From Candidatus Omnitrophota bacterium (GTDB lineage Bacteria; Omnitrophota; Gorgyraeia; 2-01-FULL-45-10): a DNA stretch of 64,000 nt. The stretch lies in the NCBI GenBank assembly GCA_026387175.1, contig JAPLME010000006.1:44078-108077 (forward strand), written 5' to 3'. The position numbers and the translations under genes are program-made. Below, piece after piece: positions 42,140 through 52,857 of the stretch. The notes under the pieces were generated by a model. It ran no database searches, was not told where the DNA came from, and saw only the letters and a list, made by a program, of their open reading frames with translations. The stretch's first letter is position 1; each line of letters begins with the position of its first letter.

Positions 42140-43488
42140 ACTGCCACCCCCAGCCTCTTCTTGAATTTTATAATGTGCTTCTTTAACTTCCGCTCCACCG
42201 TATGGTCGATCTTTCTCTTTATCTTAACCGATAGCGGCACTTTCTTTGATTCTTCAAGAACCCCTTTCAGGAAAACATAATCTATCCCCTTTATCTTTGG
42301 GCTGTCCGGGGAGCGGGAATAATCGTTATGGCTCTTTATGAGAGATATACCTTCTTCTTCGCAATATTTATACAGATCGCTGCCGGGATGCGGCGTGAAG
42401 AAAGCGGGGCTCGCCCTATAAGGCTTTATCTTTCGTATCATTTTAAGGGTATCAAGAGCCTCTCTCTTAGTCTCGGTCGGAATACCCAGCATATAATTCG
42501 CCCAGACGCGGACGCCGTATCTCTTACATATAGCCGCCGCCTTGTAATTCTGTTCGGTCTTTGTCCCCTTCCTTAAGAAATTCAACACCCTCTGGTTCCC
42601 GCTCTCGAATCCTATCAGGAACATTACGAGCCCTGAGCGGGCCATCCTCTTCACCATATCCTCGTTCCTGCATATTATATCGGCCCTGGACTGGCAGATG
42701 AATGGCCGGCCGAACCTGTTCTTTTTATACTCATCGCAGAAATCCATTACCCATTTTCTGTTTTCGGTAAGGCAATCGTCATGGATCATCAGGCTCTGAA
42801 AATTCGATCTTTCGCGCAAGAGCTTCAATTCATCCATAACGTTCTTTACGCTCCGCCTTCTGACCTTGGAGCCGAATATGATCCTCTCGGCTGGCTGGCA
42901 AAAACTGCAATTGTAGATACAGCCTCTGCCGGCTATTATCGTGACAAAAGGTATCCTGAGGAAATGGTCTATCGGCATTTCTCCGGCGGCGAATATCTCC
43001 CTGTCGGCGAAGGGAAGGCTGTCCAGGTCCGGCTTCACGCCTCTTATTATTCGATCGGCCGTCTTCCCTGACTCCAGGTCCTTGAGCAGTTCGACGAAGC
43101 TGATCTCTCCTTCGCCGAGCACTATATGGTCTATGCCGGGGTTCTCTTTAACTTCTTCAAGCGCAAGGTTCGGATGCGGTCCGCCAACTACCACTTTTAT
43201 ATTCCTATCTATCTCTTTTACTATAGCAATGGCCCGGGTAACCGTCTCATAGTCGACGCTCATCATCGTAAAGCCGACCACCTGAGGCATAGAGGCCTTA
43301 ACCTTCTCCTTAAATTCATCCCAGGACGCAAGCTGCCTCAAATCTATAAGGCTCACTTCGTGAGCGGCCTTCTTGACGGAACTGGATATCGAAGCCAGAC
43401 CATGATTTATCCATACAAGTTTAAACCTCTCTCCGGACCGGTTAAAACCCGTTTCGGCTATTCCCGCGAATACCAGCAATACCTTCAT
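42136..43488 (-). CDS. Cobalamin-binding radical SAM protein 2
   Basis: HGLASI, VGGPH, GEGE, GRGCIYNCSFC, GFESGN, MLGIPTET; start set at 43488. Confidence 0.9.
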   Translation of the reverse strand: MKVLLVFAGIAETGFNRSGERFKLVWINHGLASISSSVKKAAHEVSLIDLRQLASWDEFKEKVKASMPQVVGFTMMSVDYETVTRAIAIVKEIDRNIKVVVGGPHPNLALEEVKENPGIDHIVLGEGEISFVELLKDLESGKTADRIIRGVKPDLDSLPFADREIFAAGEMPIDHFLRIPFVTIIAGRGCIYNCSFCQPAERIIFGSKVRRRSVKNVMDELKLLRERSNFQSLMIHDDCLTENRKWVMDFCDEYKKNRFGRPFICQSRADIICRNEDMVKRMARSGLVMFLIGFESGNQRVLNFLRKGTKTEQNYKAAAICKRYGVRVWANYMLGIPTETKREALDTLKMIRKIKPYRASPAFFTPHPGSDLYKYCEEEGISLIKSHNDYSRSPDSPKIKGIDYVFLKGVLEESKKVPLSVKIKRKIDHTVERKLKKHIIKFKKRLGVAV

Positions 43489-43492
43489 AGGA

Positions 43493-44584
43493 TCATGCGC
43501 CTTTCGATAAAAATCTGCCCGCCGCCTCCAGCACTTCATCAGCCTTTATGGACTTAAGGCACGACCTATCTTCGCAGATCTTGTATTTAAACTTTTTATA
43601 GCAGGGCCTGCAGGGGATGTCGCCTTTCGATATGACAATATGATCTTTGGACATCGGATACGGCCCGTATATATTTTCATCTACGGGCCCGAATATCGAC
43701 ACCGTATTCAACCCTAAGCCCACCGCCATATGCAGCGGACCGCCGTCATTGGTTATGATAAGCTTGCACCTGTTGATCAATCCTAGAAAATTCCTGAGGT
43801 TCGTTTTGCCGCAGGCCATTATAGCCTTGCTTTTTATCTTACTTTGGATATTATCACATATCTCTGTTTCGTGAGAATCGCCCAGAAGCACCACTTTAGC
43901 GCCGTAACGCTCCGCCAGGCCGTCGCACACCTTCGCGAATCCGTCGCTATCCCAGCGCCTGTGGCGCGCGTCGGCCCCCCAGCTCGCGCCGCATCCGGGT
44001 ATCACGCCTATCAAAGAATCGCTCTCGGTAACACCGTTAGCTTTCAGGAAGTCGTTTGCCCAGGCAATATCTTCGTTCGTTATATAGACTTTGGGGCTTG
44101 GTTTAAGATCCCTTATATTGATATCCAGAAATTTCAATATATCGCAGTAATATTCCACGACATGTTTTTCGTTGAAACCGTCTATATCTATCTTACGGGT
44201 AAGGAACCGGCCTCTCTTCCTGTAATTAAATCCGAATCTTTCCCGTATCCCTATAAGACCTAAGAGCAGGCTATACTGGTACCCCAATGAAAGATCGATG
44301 GCGATGTTGAATCTTTCCCGCATAAGGGTCATCAGGAAGTCCCAGATCAGTCTAAGACATCCCATCTTCGACCGCTCCCATGCTTTCCTGTAATCGTCTT
44401 TCTCGTATATAAAAAACTTATCGATCTTCGGGTTTGATCTTATGACCTCGTAAGATCTCTTATTACAAACGTAGCCTATAAAGCAGTCGCGATATCTGCT
44501 TTTCAATATCTCTACAAGCGGAGTAGAGAATAGGACATCTCCGATGCCAAAGGGATTTATAATAAGGATCTTTTTAATCTTCAT
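43493..44584 (-). CDS. GT9 ADP-heptose:LPS heptosyltransferase family
   Basis: GIGDVLFSTP, HVVE, PG...RRW, TNDGGPLHMA, IFGP, CRPC. Confidence 0.9.
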   Translation of the reverse strand: MKIKKILIINPFGIGDVLFSTPLVEILKSRYRDCFIGYVCNKRSYEVIRSNPKIDKFFIYEKDDYRKAWERSKMGCLRLIWDFLMTLMRERFNIAIDLSLGYQYSLLLGLIGIRERFGFNYRKRGRFLTRKIDIDGFNEKHVVEYYCDILKFLDINIRDLKPSPKVYITNEDIAWANDFLKANGVTESDSLIGVIPGCGASWGADARHRRWDSDGFAKVCDGLAERYGAKVVLLGDSHETEICDNIQSKIKSKAIMACGKTNLRNFLGLINRCKLIITNDGGPLHMAVGLGLNTVSIFGPVDENIYGPYPMSKDHIVISKGDIPCRPCYKKFKYKICEDRSCLKSIKADEVLEAAGRFLSKGA

Positions 44585-45843
44585 AAGCCGGTGGTCTTGG
44601 ATACCCTGATAATTGCGAGACTTGTACCTATGGCAAACCAGAAGAGGGTCGCCAGATTCAGAGAATATAGATTGGTGTCAAAGAAACTATGAACCAGAAA
44701 AGCGAAGACGCCGATAGATATACCCCAGAGAGCCGTCCGGTAAAAATCGTCTTTGATGACCTTTAACTCTTTTATAACCGCCCGGAAATATAAAATAATT
44801 AGAAATAGGAATCCGGCCAGCCCCACAACTCCAGTATCCGCCGCCATCTGCAGATAACAGTTATGGGCATAGCTCCCTTTCTTGCCTTTCCATTCGTCAT
44901 TCCTGTATTTCATAAAGTTAACGAAGAAAGTATTAAGTCCGTTACCTATCACAGGATGTTTGACGAATATCTGATAGGAAGTGCCAAGCATACTGACTCT
45001 GTCGCTGATGCTGCCCGTTGCGAATATAGCGCGCGTCATCTCGGTCTTGACCAGAACGGAGGCGGAAAGGACCAGGACAAGCAGGAGCACTATCCATATC
45101 TTGCGTTTTGAAAACGCCAGATATAACATGGATATGCCCAAGCCTATCCAGGCGCCTCTGGCCTTGGCCAGAAAAAAAAGATAGAACAATGCTGCCGATG
45201 CAAATCCCGTCAAATATCTGAGCACGGACCTCTTCATATCGAATAATGTGACACAGGCAATAGGCAGGAGCATCAGCAATATCCATGCCGCCAAATCGTT
45301 CGGATATGGAAAACACGCCGTAGGATACCCTCTGAAGAATCCTGCTCCATCGAAAATCGGACGCATACTGAAAGAAGGATAATTATGCAGCAGATCATAT
45401 CCTGTGGTGTAGTGCTGGACAAGGCCATCGATCGTTATTATCGCGATGGATAAAAATGCTACCGTCAAAAGATCCTTCAGCCGTTCCTTAGTCCTTATGG
45501 TGTCTGCCATCACAATACACAAAAATACGTATTTTAAAACTTTTGTAAAAAATGCTTTTATGCTGAGAGACGGATAAGCGGTATTAAAGAAAGAGGGTAG
45601 GATAGCGATAACAAATATTGCCAGGCCGATGCCCATCTCTATTTTTGCCGCCTTCACGTCCCGATTCAATAACTTTTGGGCTATCCACACAGCTATCGCG
45701 ATCGTTATGCCAATTTCTGATATTGATTTTGAAAAAGGCGCGGCGAAGACTACCGCATAGAGGCACCATTTTATCGTTTCACTAAAAATTATATCCAATC
45801 GCTCTCTATTATTCAAAATCCCTCTTTCCTTTATTCCTGCCAA
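44581..45843 (-). CDS. O-antigen ligase family (WaaL-like)
   Basis: Multi-TM protein; YPN, ARGAW, SDR, PVIGNG, AHNCYLQMAADTGVVG. Confidence 0.85.
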   Translation of the reverse strand: MAGIKERGILNNRERLDIIFSETIKWCLYAVVFAAPFSKSISEIGITIAIAVWIAQKLLNRDVKAAKIEMGIGLAIFVIAILPSFFNTAYPSLSIKAFFTKVLKYVFLCIVMADTIRTKERLKDLLTVAFLSIAIITIDGLVQHYTTGYDLLHNYPSFSMRPIFDGAGFFRGYPTACFPYPNDLAAWILLMLLPIACVTLFDMKRSVLRYLTGFASAALFYLFFLAKARGAWIGLGISMLYLAFSKRKIWIVLLLVLVLSASVLVKTEMTRAIFATGSISDRVSMLGTSYQIFVKHPVIGNGLNTFFVNFMKYRNDEWKGKKGSYAHNCYLQMAADTGVVGLAGFLFLIILYFRAVIKELKVIKDDFYRTALWGISIGVFAFLVHSFFDTNLYSLNLATLFWFAIGTSLAIIRVSKTTGL

Positions 45844-46849
45844 ATCTACCCGTATCTACGAAAGCGAGCCTTACTCCCAGCGTCACCATCAAAATGATAA
45901 CACATCCGATCAGCACGAGAGCCGATTTAAGCGGCAGCCTTTGCACCAGCAGAGCCGATAGCCCGAGCACTACGCATATACCGTATATAGCTATAACGGT
46001 TCTTCTCTTCCTGAATCCCAGAAGAGCTATCCTATGCGACGAGTGGTCACGGCCGCCCTGGAATACGGAGCGTCCCTCGATCGATCTCATCACAGTGACG
46101 AGTATGGTGTCGAATATAGGGTAAGCCAGTATAAGTATCGGCATAGCAAGTGACGTGGTAAGAAATCTTGTGCTCCAGCTTCCCATTACAGCGAGCGCCG
46201 CCAGCACAAAACCTAACACCAGGCTTCCCGTATCTCCCATAAATATGCTCGCCTTTGGGAAATTGTGCCTCAAAAAACCGAGGCCGGCGCCTGCGAGAGC
46301 AAACGCTATGATCGCTACGTCTATCTGATTACTCGTGCACATGACAATCCCGAAGAATACCGAAGCTATCACGGCTATTCCCGCCGAAAGGCCGTTCATG
46401 TTATCCAGAAGATTAAACGCATTGGTGATGCCAACTATCCAGAAGTATGTAAACAGTGTATCAAGATAGTAATTATGCAGAAAGTCCACCCTGACTCCTG
46501 ACTTGATCACTATCATCGCCGCAAGAAATTGGCCTAGTAATTTTACCTCGGGCATCATCCCCATCCTGTCGTCTACAAGGCCGACGATCAGCAGGAATGT
46601 GGCTCCGGTAATGATGCTAACCAATTTGATATCCAATGTAAAGCCGATGGTGGTAATGAGTCCGGCTATAAATGATAGATAGATAGCGACACCTCCCAGA
46701 AGAGCTGTGGGATGGGCATGGACCTTATTGATCTTGGGATGGTCAATATATTTAAGCTTAATGGCAATATTTTTGATGACGGGAGTAATGATATAAGAGA
46801 TCACCGTCGTAAGCACGAAGATTTCGATAACGTTCTTTATCCTCAGCAT
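45809..46849 (-). CDS. Undecaprenyl-phosphate GlcNAc-1-phosphate transferase (WecA/MraY family)
   Basis: KVHAHP..LGG, GLVDD, NAFNLLDNMNGL, IFMGDTGS, DHSSHR. Confidence 0.9.
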   Translation of the reverse strand: MLRIKNVIEIFVLTTVISYIITPVIKNIAIKLKYIDHPKINKVHAHPTALLGGVAIYLSFIAGLITTIGFTLDIKLVSIITGATFLLIVGLVDDRMGMMPEVKLLGQFLAAMIVIKSGVRVDFLHNYYLDTLFTYFWIVGITNAFNLLDNMNGLSAGIAVIASVFFGIVMCTSNQIDVAIIAFALAGAGLGFLRHNFPKASIFMGDTGSLVLGFVLAALAVMGSWSTRFLTTSLAMPILILAYPIFDTILVTVMRSIEGRSVFQGGRDHSSHRIALLGFRKRRTVIAIYGICVVLGLSALLVQRLPLKSALVLIGCVIILMVTLGVRLAFVDTGRFGRNKGKRDFE

Positions 46850-46865
46850 AAATCCACCCCGACCC

Positions 46866-47834
46866 TTATTTCTTAAAATACCTGATTATATTCATAAGCA
46901 TCTCTTCCAGATCCACCTTCGGCTGAAAACCTATAAGGTTCTTTATCTTCTTAATATCCGGCGCCCTGTGCCTCATATCCTCAAAACCTTTCTCATACGC
47001 CTTCTCGTAGGGAATATGCACAATGGGAGAATCCGATTTGGTGAGCTTCTTTATCTTCACCGCCAGGGCTTGTATCGAGATGGTATTGGGATTACCTATA
47101 TTGAATATCTCCCCCACGGCCTTCCGATTATTCGCAAGGGCCGTTATCGCCCGTACCGCATCCGAGACATAGGTGAAGCTTCTCGTCTGCTTCCCGTCCC
47201 CGTATATTATTATTGGTTTATCTAAGAGCGCGCATTTAACAAAACGCGGTACGACCATGCCGTACATACCGCTTTGGCGCGGACCCACTGTATTAAAAAA
47301 TCTCACGATGACCACCGGCAGCTTCTTCTCGCGCCAGTATGCCAGCGATAAAAATTCGTCCATAGCCTTAGCGCAGGAGTAGCTCCATCTCGAGATCGTG
47401 GTCGGGCCCAGCACCCTGTCATCGTCTTCTTTAAAGATTCTCTTCCCGGGCCTGTCCTTACCGTATATTTCCGAAGTGGACGCTATTATCACTTTCTTCT
47501 TACCAATAGAATTCGCGAGCTCCAGGACGATCTCGGTGCCCTGCACGTTCGTATGCATAGATTCAAGAGGATTGTCTATTATATATTTAACTCCTACGGC
47601 GGCCGCCATATGATATACGGTATCACAGTCTCTTACAAGGCGTTTCATCAGCTTCTCATTCATGATCGTGTCTATATACAGCGAAAATTTCGGATTGAGC
47701 TTCAGATGTTTGATATTTTCCATATTGCCCGTCGATAGATTATCTATGACCGCTACCTCTTCATTTCTCCGTAAGAGCTCTTCCGCGAGATGTGAACCGA
47801 TGAAGCCCGCTCCACCTGTTATAAGACTTTTCAT
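46866..47834 (-). CDS. NAD-dependent nucleotide-sugar epimerase/decarboxylase (extended SDR)
   Basis: TGGAGFIGSHL, STSEIYG, YSCAK, RFFNTVGPR, GDGKQTRSF. Confidence 0.9.
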   Translation of the reverse strand: MKSLITGGAGFIGSHLAEELLRRNEEVAVIDNLSTGNMENIKHLKLNPKFSLYIDTIMNEKLMKRLVRDCDTVYHMAAAVGVKYIIDNPLESMHTNVQGTEIVLELANSIGKKKVIIASTSEIYGKDRPGKRIFKEDDDRVLGPTTISRWSYSCAKAMDEFLSLAYWREKKLPVVIVRFFNTVGPRQSGMYGMVVPRFVKCALLDKPIIIYGDGKQTRSFTYVSDAVRAITALANNRKAVGEIFNIGNPNTISIQALAVKIKKLTKSDSPIVHIPYEKAYEKGFEDMRHRAPDIKKIKNLIGFQPKVDLEEMLMNIIRYFKK

Positions 47835-47873
47835 GTCACTCTCCTTGTTATATTATTTCCGGCATAGCCGTTC

Positions 47874-48638
47874 TTAACGAGACTTACACAATACGCAGTA
47901 TCCTATTCCCAAGCTGAGATCCTTAAACATGTACTCCAGTGCGAAACAGATGCGGTGAATGAGGTTCACTCTGGAGACGAGGAGCTTCGAAATTCCTGAA
48001 AACTCACGTATGGCGCTGACGCGCGTCCTCTCGTTGAAACATTTATCCGTATCGGCCCCCTTACTCGCGCGATCCTTCCTGTCGAATAGCAGCATCGCGT
48101 TCGCAATATAATGAAAGACAAGCTGGCCATAGCACCAGCATAACATCGGCTCGAAACCGCCCTCTTTCAGAAGAGCGAGGAGAGCGGCCTTATCATATCG
48201 CCGGTAATGGCCGGCGTTCCTGTCGAACTTCGAATACAGCCTTCTGTGAGCGGGGACCGTCATTATCAGATACCCGTTCTTCTTTACCACCTTATCGTGG
48301 AGAGAGCGGATCATGCTCCTGTCGTCCTGTATATGTTCGAGGATATCGGTCAAAAAAACAAGATCAAACTGCTCATCAAGCTCAAGCGCGCTCTTCTTTT
48401 CAAGCCTTATGCGCGGAGAGGTTATCTTCGTTCTGGCCAGACTCAGGCTTTCGTCCGAAGTGTCTATGCCCTTCGCATCGGCCAACCGGTCTTCGAGGGC
48501 CAGCAACAGGTTGCCGACGCCGCAGCCGACATCGCAGACGCTCTTGACCCGGCTGCCCAATATCGACAACATCTTATCGATATAGACGTCCCGCGAATAT
48601 TCCGTAGGTGTGATCGCTTCCAGTTTATCGAACTTCAT
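47874..48638 (-). CDS. Class I SAM-dependent methyltransferase
   Basis: DVGCGVG, DILEHI, TVPA...D...GHYRRY. Confidence 0.88.
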   Translation of the reverse strand: MKFDKLEAITPTEYSRDVYIDKMLSILGSRVKSVCDVGCGVGNLLLALEDRLADAKGIDTSDESLSLARTKITSPRIRLEKKSALELDEQFDLVFLTDILEHIQDDRSMIRSLHDKVVKKNGYLIMTVPAHRRLYSKFDRNAGHYRRYDKAALLALLKEGGFEPMLCWCYGQLVFHYIANAMLLFDRKDRASKGADTDKCFNERTRVSAIREFSGISKLLVSRVNLIHRICFALEYMFKDLSLGIGYCVLCKSR

Positions 48639-49630
48639 TGCTTTGGCGCCTTCCCTCCGAATGTTACTCCAACAAATTGAAAAATGCCCGCGGCAAATCC
48701 GAGCGTCACCATAAGCGCAAGCGGCAGTTTTATGGCCAGAGCGATCGGCACGAAAAAAAGGCCCCGGCGTTTGTACGCTATTTTTATAAAATCAATATTA
48801 AAGAGCACATACAGAATAAATGATGCAAGCGAAAGCGCAATAAGTAACCTGTTATTTATGATAAGGAACGGAATGATGCTCACAATGAAGAACGCGCCCG
48901 ATACGCTCGCCAGGCCTTCGGACGGGCTAGCGCACCAGTTATCGAATTTTCCGCCTCTTTTTAAAAAAAGCTCCGTCCAATCCCTCGACCTTAAGAAAAA
49001 TAATTTCATCTGTTTCCTGAAGGAGGGGTGAAAGTGCTGAACAACAATAGCCGGGTCGTAGGCGATCAGTATGCCGGCTTTTTTAAGACGTTCCCCGAAA
49101 TCAAAATCCTCGACCGATGCCGTCGTAATGTCCTCGTTAAACCCGCCCACTCTTTTGAAGGCATCTCTGGTTATACCGGCGGCCCTCAGCGCAAAAACGC
49201 TCACATATTTTGTCTTGGGCGTCCACGATTCGGTCAGAAGCGCCTTGAAATACGCGAAGTAACCCTTTTCGGCGGGCTCAATATCATATTCGCCCGCTAC
49301 GGCCGCTTCCCCTTTTTTAAAATTATCTACGAAAAGCTTCAGCGTATCCGGCCTCAAAATTACATCGGAGTCGAAGAATATCAGATGATCGCCCTTAGCT
49401 TCCCCTGCACCTCTGTTCCTTGCCGCGGCCGGCCCCGGATGGGCCTCGAGACGCAGATAGATGACATCCTTGAATTTATCGGTCGTCGCTTTGAGGTCGA
49501 GCGTCGAGCTGTCATCGACAACTATCACCTCAAGGGCGTCGGCGCATAAAGTCCTGTTTGTTTCAACAGACCTCAAGAACCTTTCAAGCTTATCCGGATT
49601 GTTATAAGCCGGCGTAATGACGGATATCAT
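48635..49630 (-). CDS. GT2 glycosyltransferase with C-terminal TM helices
   Basis: ITPAYN, VDDSS, ARNRG, FFDSD, EDFDF; start set at 49630. Confidence 0.87.
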   Translation of the reverse strand: MISVITPAYNNPDKLERFLRSVETNRTLCADALEVIVVDDSSTLDLKATTDKFKDVIYLRLEAHPGPAAARNRGAGEAKGDHLIFFDSDVILRPDTLKLFVDNFKKGEAAVAGEYDIEPAEKGYFAYFKALLTESWTPKTKYVSVFALRAAGITRDAFKRVGGFNEDITTASVEDFDFGERLKKAGILIAYDPAIVVQHFHPSFRKQMKLFFLRSRDWTELFLKRGGKFDNWCASPSEGLASVSGAFFIVSIIPFLIINNRLLIALSLASFILYVLFNIDFIKIAYKRRGLFFVPIALAIKLPLALMVTLGFAAGIFQFVGVTFGGKAPKQ

Positions 49631-49644
49631 CCACTTTTCCTTTT

Positions 49645-51051
49645 TCAACCGACAAGTATCTTTCGCGCCCTCTTCAGGAGCATCTTGAACTGATACGGCG
49701 TCCTCACCTCTACGAGAAGGCCGAGCCATATATGCGGTCTTATGTAAAACCGCGCGTTCGCGCTTTTCAGGCAGCGTTCGAGCATGTCAACGGGAAGGGG
49801 CGAAACCGAAGGAATGAACTGATAGTATAGAAACTTGTTCCAGTCGACATTTTCAAAATCGACTCTTCCCTTCCATTCATCATAGATCGCGCTTCCCGGA
49901 AGCGGCATGAGCGGAGAAAAGCTTGCTCTGTCCAACTTCAATCTTAACGCAAACTCTATGCTCTTCTTGATATCGTCCTCCGTTTCATCGGGATGCCCTA
50001 TAAGAAAAAATCCTGTGACTCTTATCTTTGTATGCTTTTTTACCAGGTTCAGCTTTTCTTCGATCTCCTTCGTCGTAAGGCTCTTTTGCAGTTTTTTCAG
50101 TATTCTGTCCGATCCCGATTCGATACCGATCGCCAAAGAATAGCAGCCCGCGCGCTCCATCAGCTGAAGCAGTTCCTTATCGAGGGCATCTATCCGCACG
50201 CCGTTAGGCAAAGATATCCACACCCTCAGGCCCCGTTCGATAATACCGGACAGCACCTCCCTCGCATACTCTTTGCCCATCGTGAAATTATCGTCTTCTA
50301 TCTGGAACTCCCTGACACCGAATTTTTTATTCAGATACTCTATCTCATCCAGCACGGCGGCGCTGCTTCTCCTGCGCATCTTCCTGCCATGTATCCTGAA
50401 ACTCGCGCAAAATGTGCACGAATAAGGGCATCCGCGGCTTGTAATGATCGGCGCTATCGGAAAAGACCTCGCGAACGTCCCATGAGGCGCTTCCGGGTAT
50501 CTCCTCGGATCCATAAGTTCCCATGCGGGCATCGGCAGGCTGTCCAGGTCGCCTATGTTCCTTATGGGATTGACACATACGGCGCCGGCGGCGTTCCTAT
50601 ACGCGATATTGCTGAGATTTGCCAGAACCGACGTATCTTTTACGTCGCTCCTCTTCAAACCCGCTATCTTGTCTATTATATTTTCGCCCTCTCCCAAGAC
50701 GGCAAGATCGGCATCTTTAAGAAACGCAAGCGTCTGATGCGGGTCGCCTGTCGCATGCGGCCCTCCGACGATTATCAGTGCCTCTTTCATGCGCTGCCGC
50801 GCTATCTCCAGCTGTTTTCTCGCAGTATAGAGCCCGTTCGTATAAAGCTGGAACCCGATCACATCGTACACCTCTCCCTTTAAGCGATCGGCGAAACCTT
50901 CAAGGGAAAGCCTCTCCTTGTCGCAGTCGAGAAATGTGACATCGTGCCCGGCGTTCCTCAACACAGACGCCAGATATCCCAAGCCGAGATTCGGCGCGAT
51001 AGTATAGCAATACTGGCTGATAGGCTTTACTAAAAGCACCCGTGCCATCAA
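49645..51051 (-). CDS. Cobalamin-binding radical SAM protein 3
   Basis: PNLGLGYLAS, VGGPH, GEGE, SRGCPYSCTFC, DDNFT, GIESGS; clear paralog of 34211-35593. Confidence 0.9.
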   Translation of the reverse strand: MMARVLLVKPISQYCYTIAPNLGLGYLASVLRNAGHDVTFLDCDKERLSLEGFADRLKGEVYDVIGFQLYTNGLYTARKQLEIARQRMKEALIIVGGPHATGDPHQTLAFLKDADLAVLGEGENIIDKIAGLKRSDVKDTSVLANLSNIAYRNAAGAVCVNPIRNIGDLDSLPMPAWELMDPRRYPEAPHGTFARSFPIAPIITSRGCPYSCTFCASFRIHGRKMRRRSSAAVLDEIEYLNKKFGVREFQIEDDNFTMGKEYAREVLSGIIERGLRVWISLPNGVRIDALDKELLQLMERAGCYSLAIGIESGSDRILKKLQKSLTTKEIEEKLNLVKKHTKIRVTGFFLIGHPDETEDDIKKSIEFALRLKLDRASFSPLMPLPGSAIYDEWKGRVDFENVDWNKFLYYQFIPSVSPLPVDMLERCLKSANARFYIRPHIWLGLLVEVRTPYQFKMLLKRARKILVG

Positions 51052-51938
51052 AAGATACCCCGGTAGACCAGCAAATACACAATCGCGCAGTAGCAGAGAA
51101 TGTTCACCAGGAACGGGATGTCTTTCAAAAGTATCTTCTCCGGGTTAGATCCGCCCCGCCTCATATTCACCAGATAGAGATACCTGAATATCCCATATGC
51201 TACGAACGGTATCGTGTATTTAAGCTTATCGGTCCCGTGCTTTGCGACCGTTTCGGCCGAAAGAGCATACAGCGCGTAACTGAGAATGGAGCACCCGGCC
51301 ACTATGGTAATGAGCTGGTCGAGGAACTCAAGGCTGTAGCCTTCTAGGCTTTTTCTGTGCTGCTTCGATCTCTCCAGAAGAAGCGCCATCTCGGCCCGCC
51401 TCTTGCAAAGCGCCAGAAATAATGCAAGCAAAAATGTGCATAAAAGGATCCATGATGATATCAGGGACGTGATACCGCTTACAGAGACACCGGCAAGCAG
51501 CCTAAGGATGAAGGCAAGCGATATGGCAAATACGTCTATGATAGAAATATGCTTTAGCGCCAGATCATATGCGATGTGGAGGACCAGGAATATCACGACT
51601 ATCGCAAACAATTTGCCGGAAAGCATCCACGCCCAGAAAAGGCCTGTCGATACAAGCGCGAACGATACACCCGCTGCCGGGCCTATATTCAGCTCGCCCT
51701 TGGCAATGGGCCTCTTACATTTATCGGGATGGTGCATATCCTCTTTCCTGTCTATGATATCGTTCAGGATATAAGAGGCCGATGATACTATGCAGAATAT
51801 GCAGAATATTTCAATAGTAGAAAAGAGCGTGGCGGGGTCACTGAGCTTCTTAGCGAAGAAAAGACCGGCAAAAACAATGATATTCTTTGTCCATTGCTCC
51901 GGACGCATGGATATTATTATCTTTTTGAGAATCTTCAT
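51048..51938 (-). CDS. UbiA-family polyprenyl-phosphate phosphoribosyltransferase-like protein
   Basis: MRPEQWTKN, YILNDIIDRKEDMHHPDKCKRPIAKG, LKH, KRRAE, GIFRY. Confidence 0.85.
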   Translation of the reverse strand: MKILKKIIISMRPEQWTKNIIVFAGLFFAKKLSDPATLFSTIEIFCIFCIVSSASYILNDIIDRKEDMHHPDKCKRPIAKGELNIGPAAGVSFALVSTGLFWAWMLSGKLFAIVVIFLVLHIAYDLALKHISIIDVFAISLAFILRLLAGVSVSGITSLISSWILLCTFLLALFLALCKRRAEMALLLERSKQHRKSLEGYSLEFLDQLITIVAGCSILSYALYALSAETVAKHGTDKLKYTIPFVAYGIFRYLYLVNMRRGGSNPEKILLKDIPFLVNILCYCAIVYLLVYRGIF

Positions 51939-51948
51939 TAGCGGTCCT

Positions 51949-52851
51949 TTATTCTTTGTAAGCGTATGCGGTTATGAGCCCGCTGTTCTTCATCATGCCC
52001 AGCACTGCATCGATAGGCAGCGATAACGCATAAAAAAGCGGGTTCGTGAACGATACATTAATGCCGTGAGCATTCAGGAAACACTGCAGGCTCCCTATTG
52101 TGCCGAACGAAAAAAGATCATGCCGGATCTTCACCTTTCCAAATTCGCTCTTCTTCAAAATCGCGGTGAGCGATTTCGGAGAAAAATGGTAGAGATGCTT
52201 AGGCAAAAAAAGATGGAACCAGTATCGCTTAAATAAGCGAGCTTCCAGCGAATCGATATTTTGAACACCGATGACCGCAACCCCGCCCTTTTTAAGCAGC
52301 CTGTAGGCCTCCTTCAGCACCGACGAGGGATCGTACATATGCTCAAGCGTCCACCAGAATGTTATCGCATCGAAGCTCTCGGGCTTAAAATGAGCGTCCA
52401 CAAGGTCCCCCTCACGGATATCCAGTCCCAGCACATCCCTGCCATACCCGGTATAACCGATATCTATGCCTTTAACATCCCATCCGAGGGCCTTGAGTAC
52501 ATATATATACCTGCCGCTGCCGCACCCCACATCAAGGAGCGATCCCTTCCGCCTTAAAGGTATCTTCCTGAAAATATTAAAATACAATTTTTCGTAAAAT
52601 GCCGGCTTTCTTTCCGTCTTCTCCGGATCGTCCTCCAAATAATACTTGAGGAGAGATTCCCTGGATGGCCGGGGGCTCAGAAAAGCAAGCCCACATTTCC
52701 CGCATCTTACCACATTATATTCTCTCTTGCAGCGCTGTTTGATATTTGCCGCTTTCAAAAGCAGGGACGGATCATCGTTCCCGCACAATCCGCATCGTAC
52801 GGTTTCCAACTGTATACTGCTTTCGTCTATTGAGCTTCTATTTTGAGCCAT
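51949..52851 (-). CDS. Class I SAM-dependent methyltransferase with N-terminal Zn ribbon
   Basis: CGLC...CGKC, LDVGCGSG, LEH..DP, P.HLYHFS. Confidence 0.88.
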   Translation of the reverse strand: MAQNRSSIDESSIQLETVRCGLCGNDDPSLLLKAANIKQRCKREYNVVRCGKCGLAFLSPRPSRESLLKYYLEDDPEKTERKPAFYEKLYFNIFRKIPLRRKGSLLDVGCGSGRYIYVLKALGWDVKGIDIGYTGYGRDVLGLDIREGDLVDAHFKPESFDAITFWWTLEHMYDPSSVLKEAYRLLKKGGVAVIGVQNIDSLEARLFKRYWFHLFLPKHLYHFSPKSLTAILKKSEFGKVKIRHDLFSFGTIGSLQCFLNAHGINVSFTNPLFYALSLPIDAVLGMMKNSGLITAYAYKE

Positions 52852-52857
52852 CGCGAA

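Noticed and set aside
49993-50883. 296-aa plus-strand ORF and other long plus-strand ORFs (17131-17868, 23274-23933, 40408-41103, 60014-60673)
   Set aside because: All lie fully antisense to well-supported minus-strand genes and have no domain motifs.
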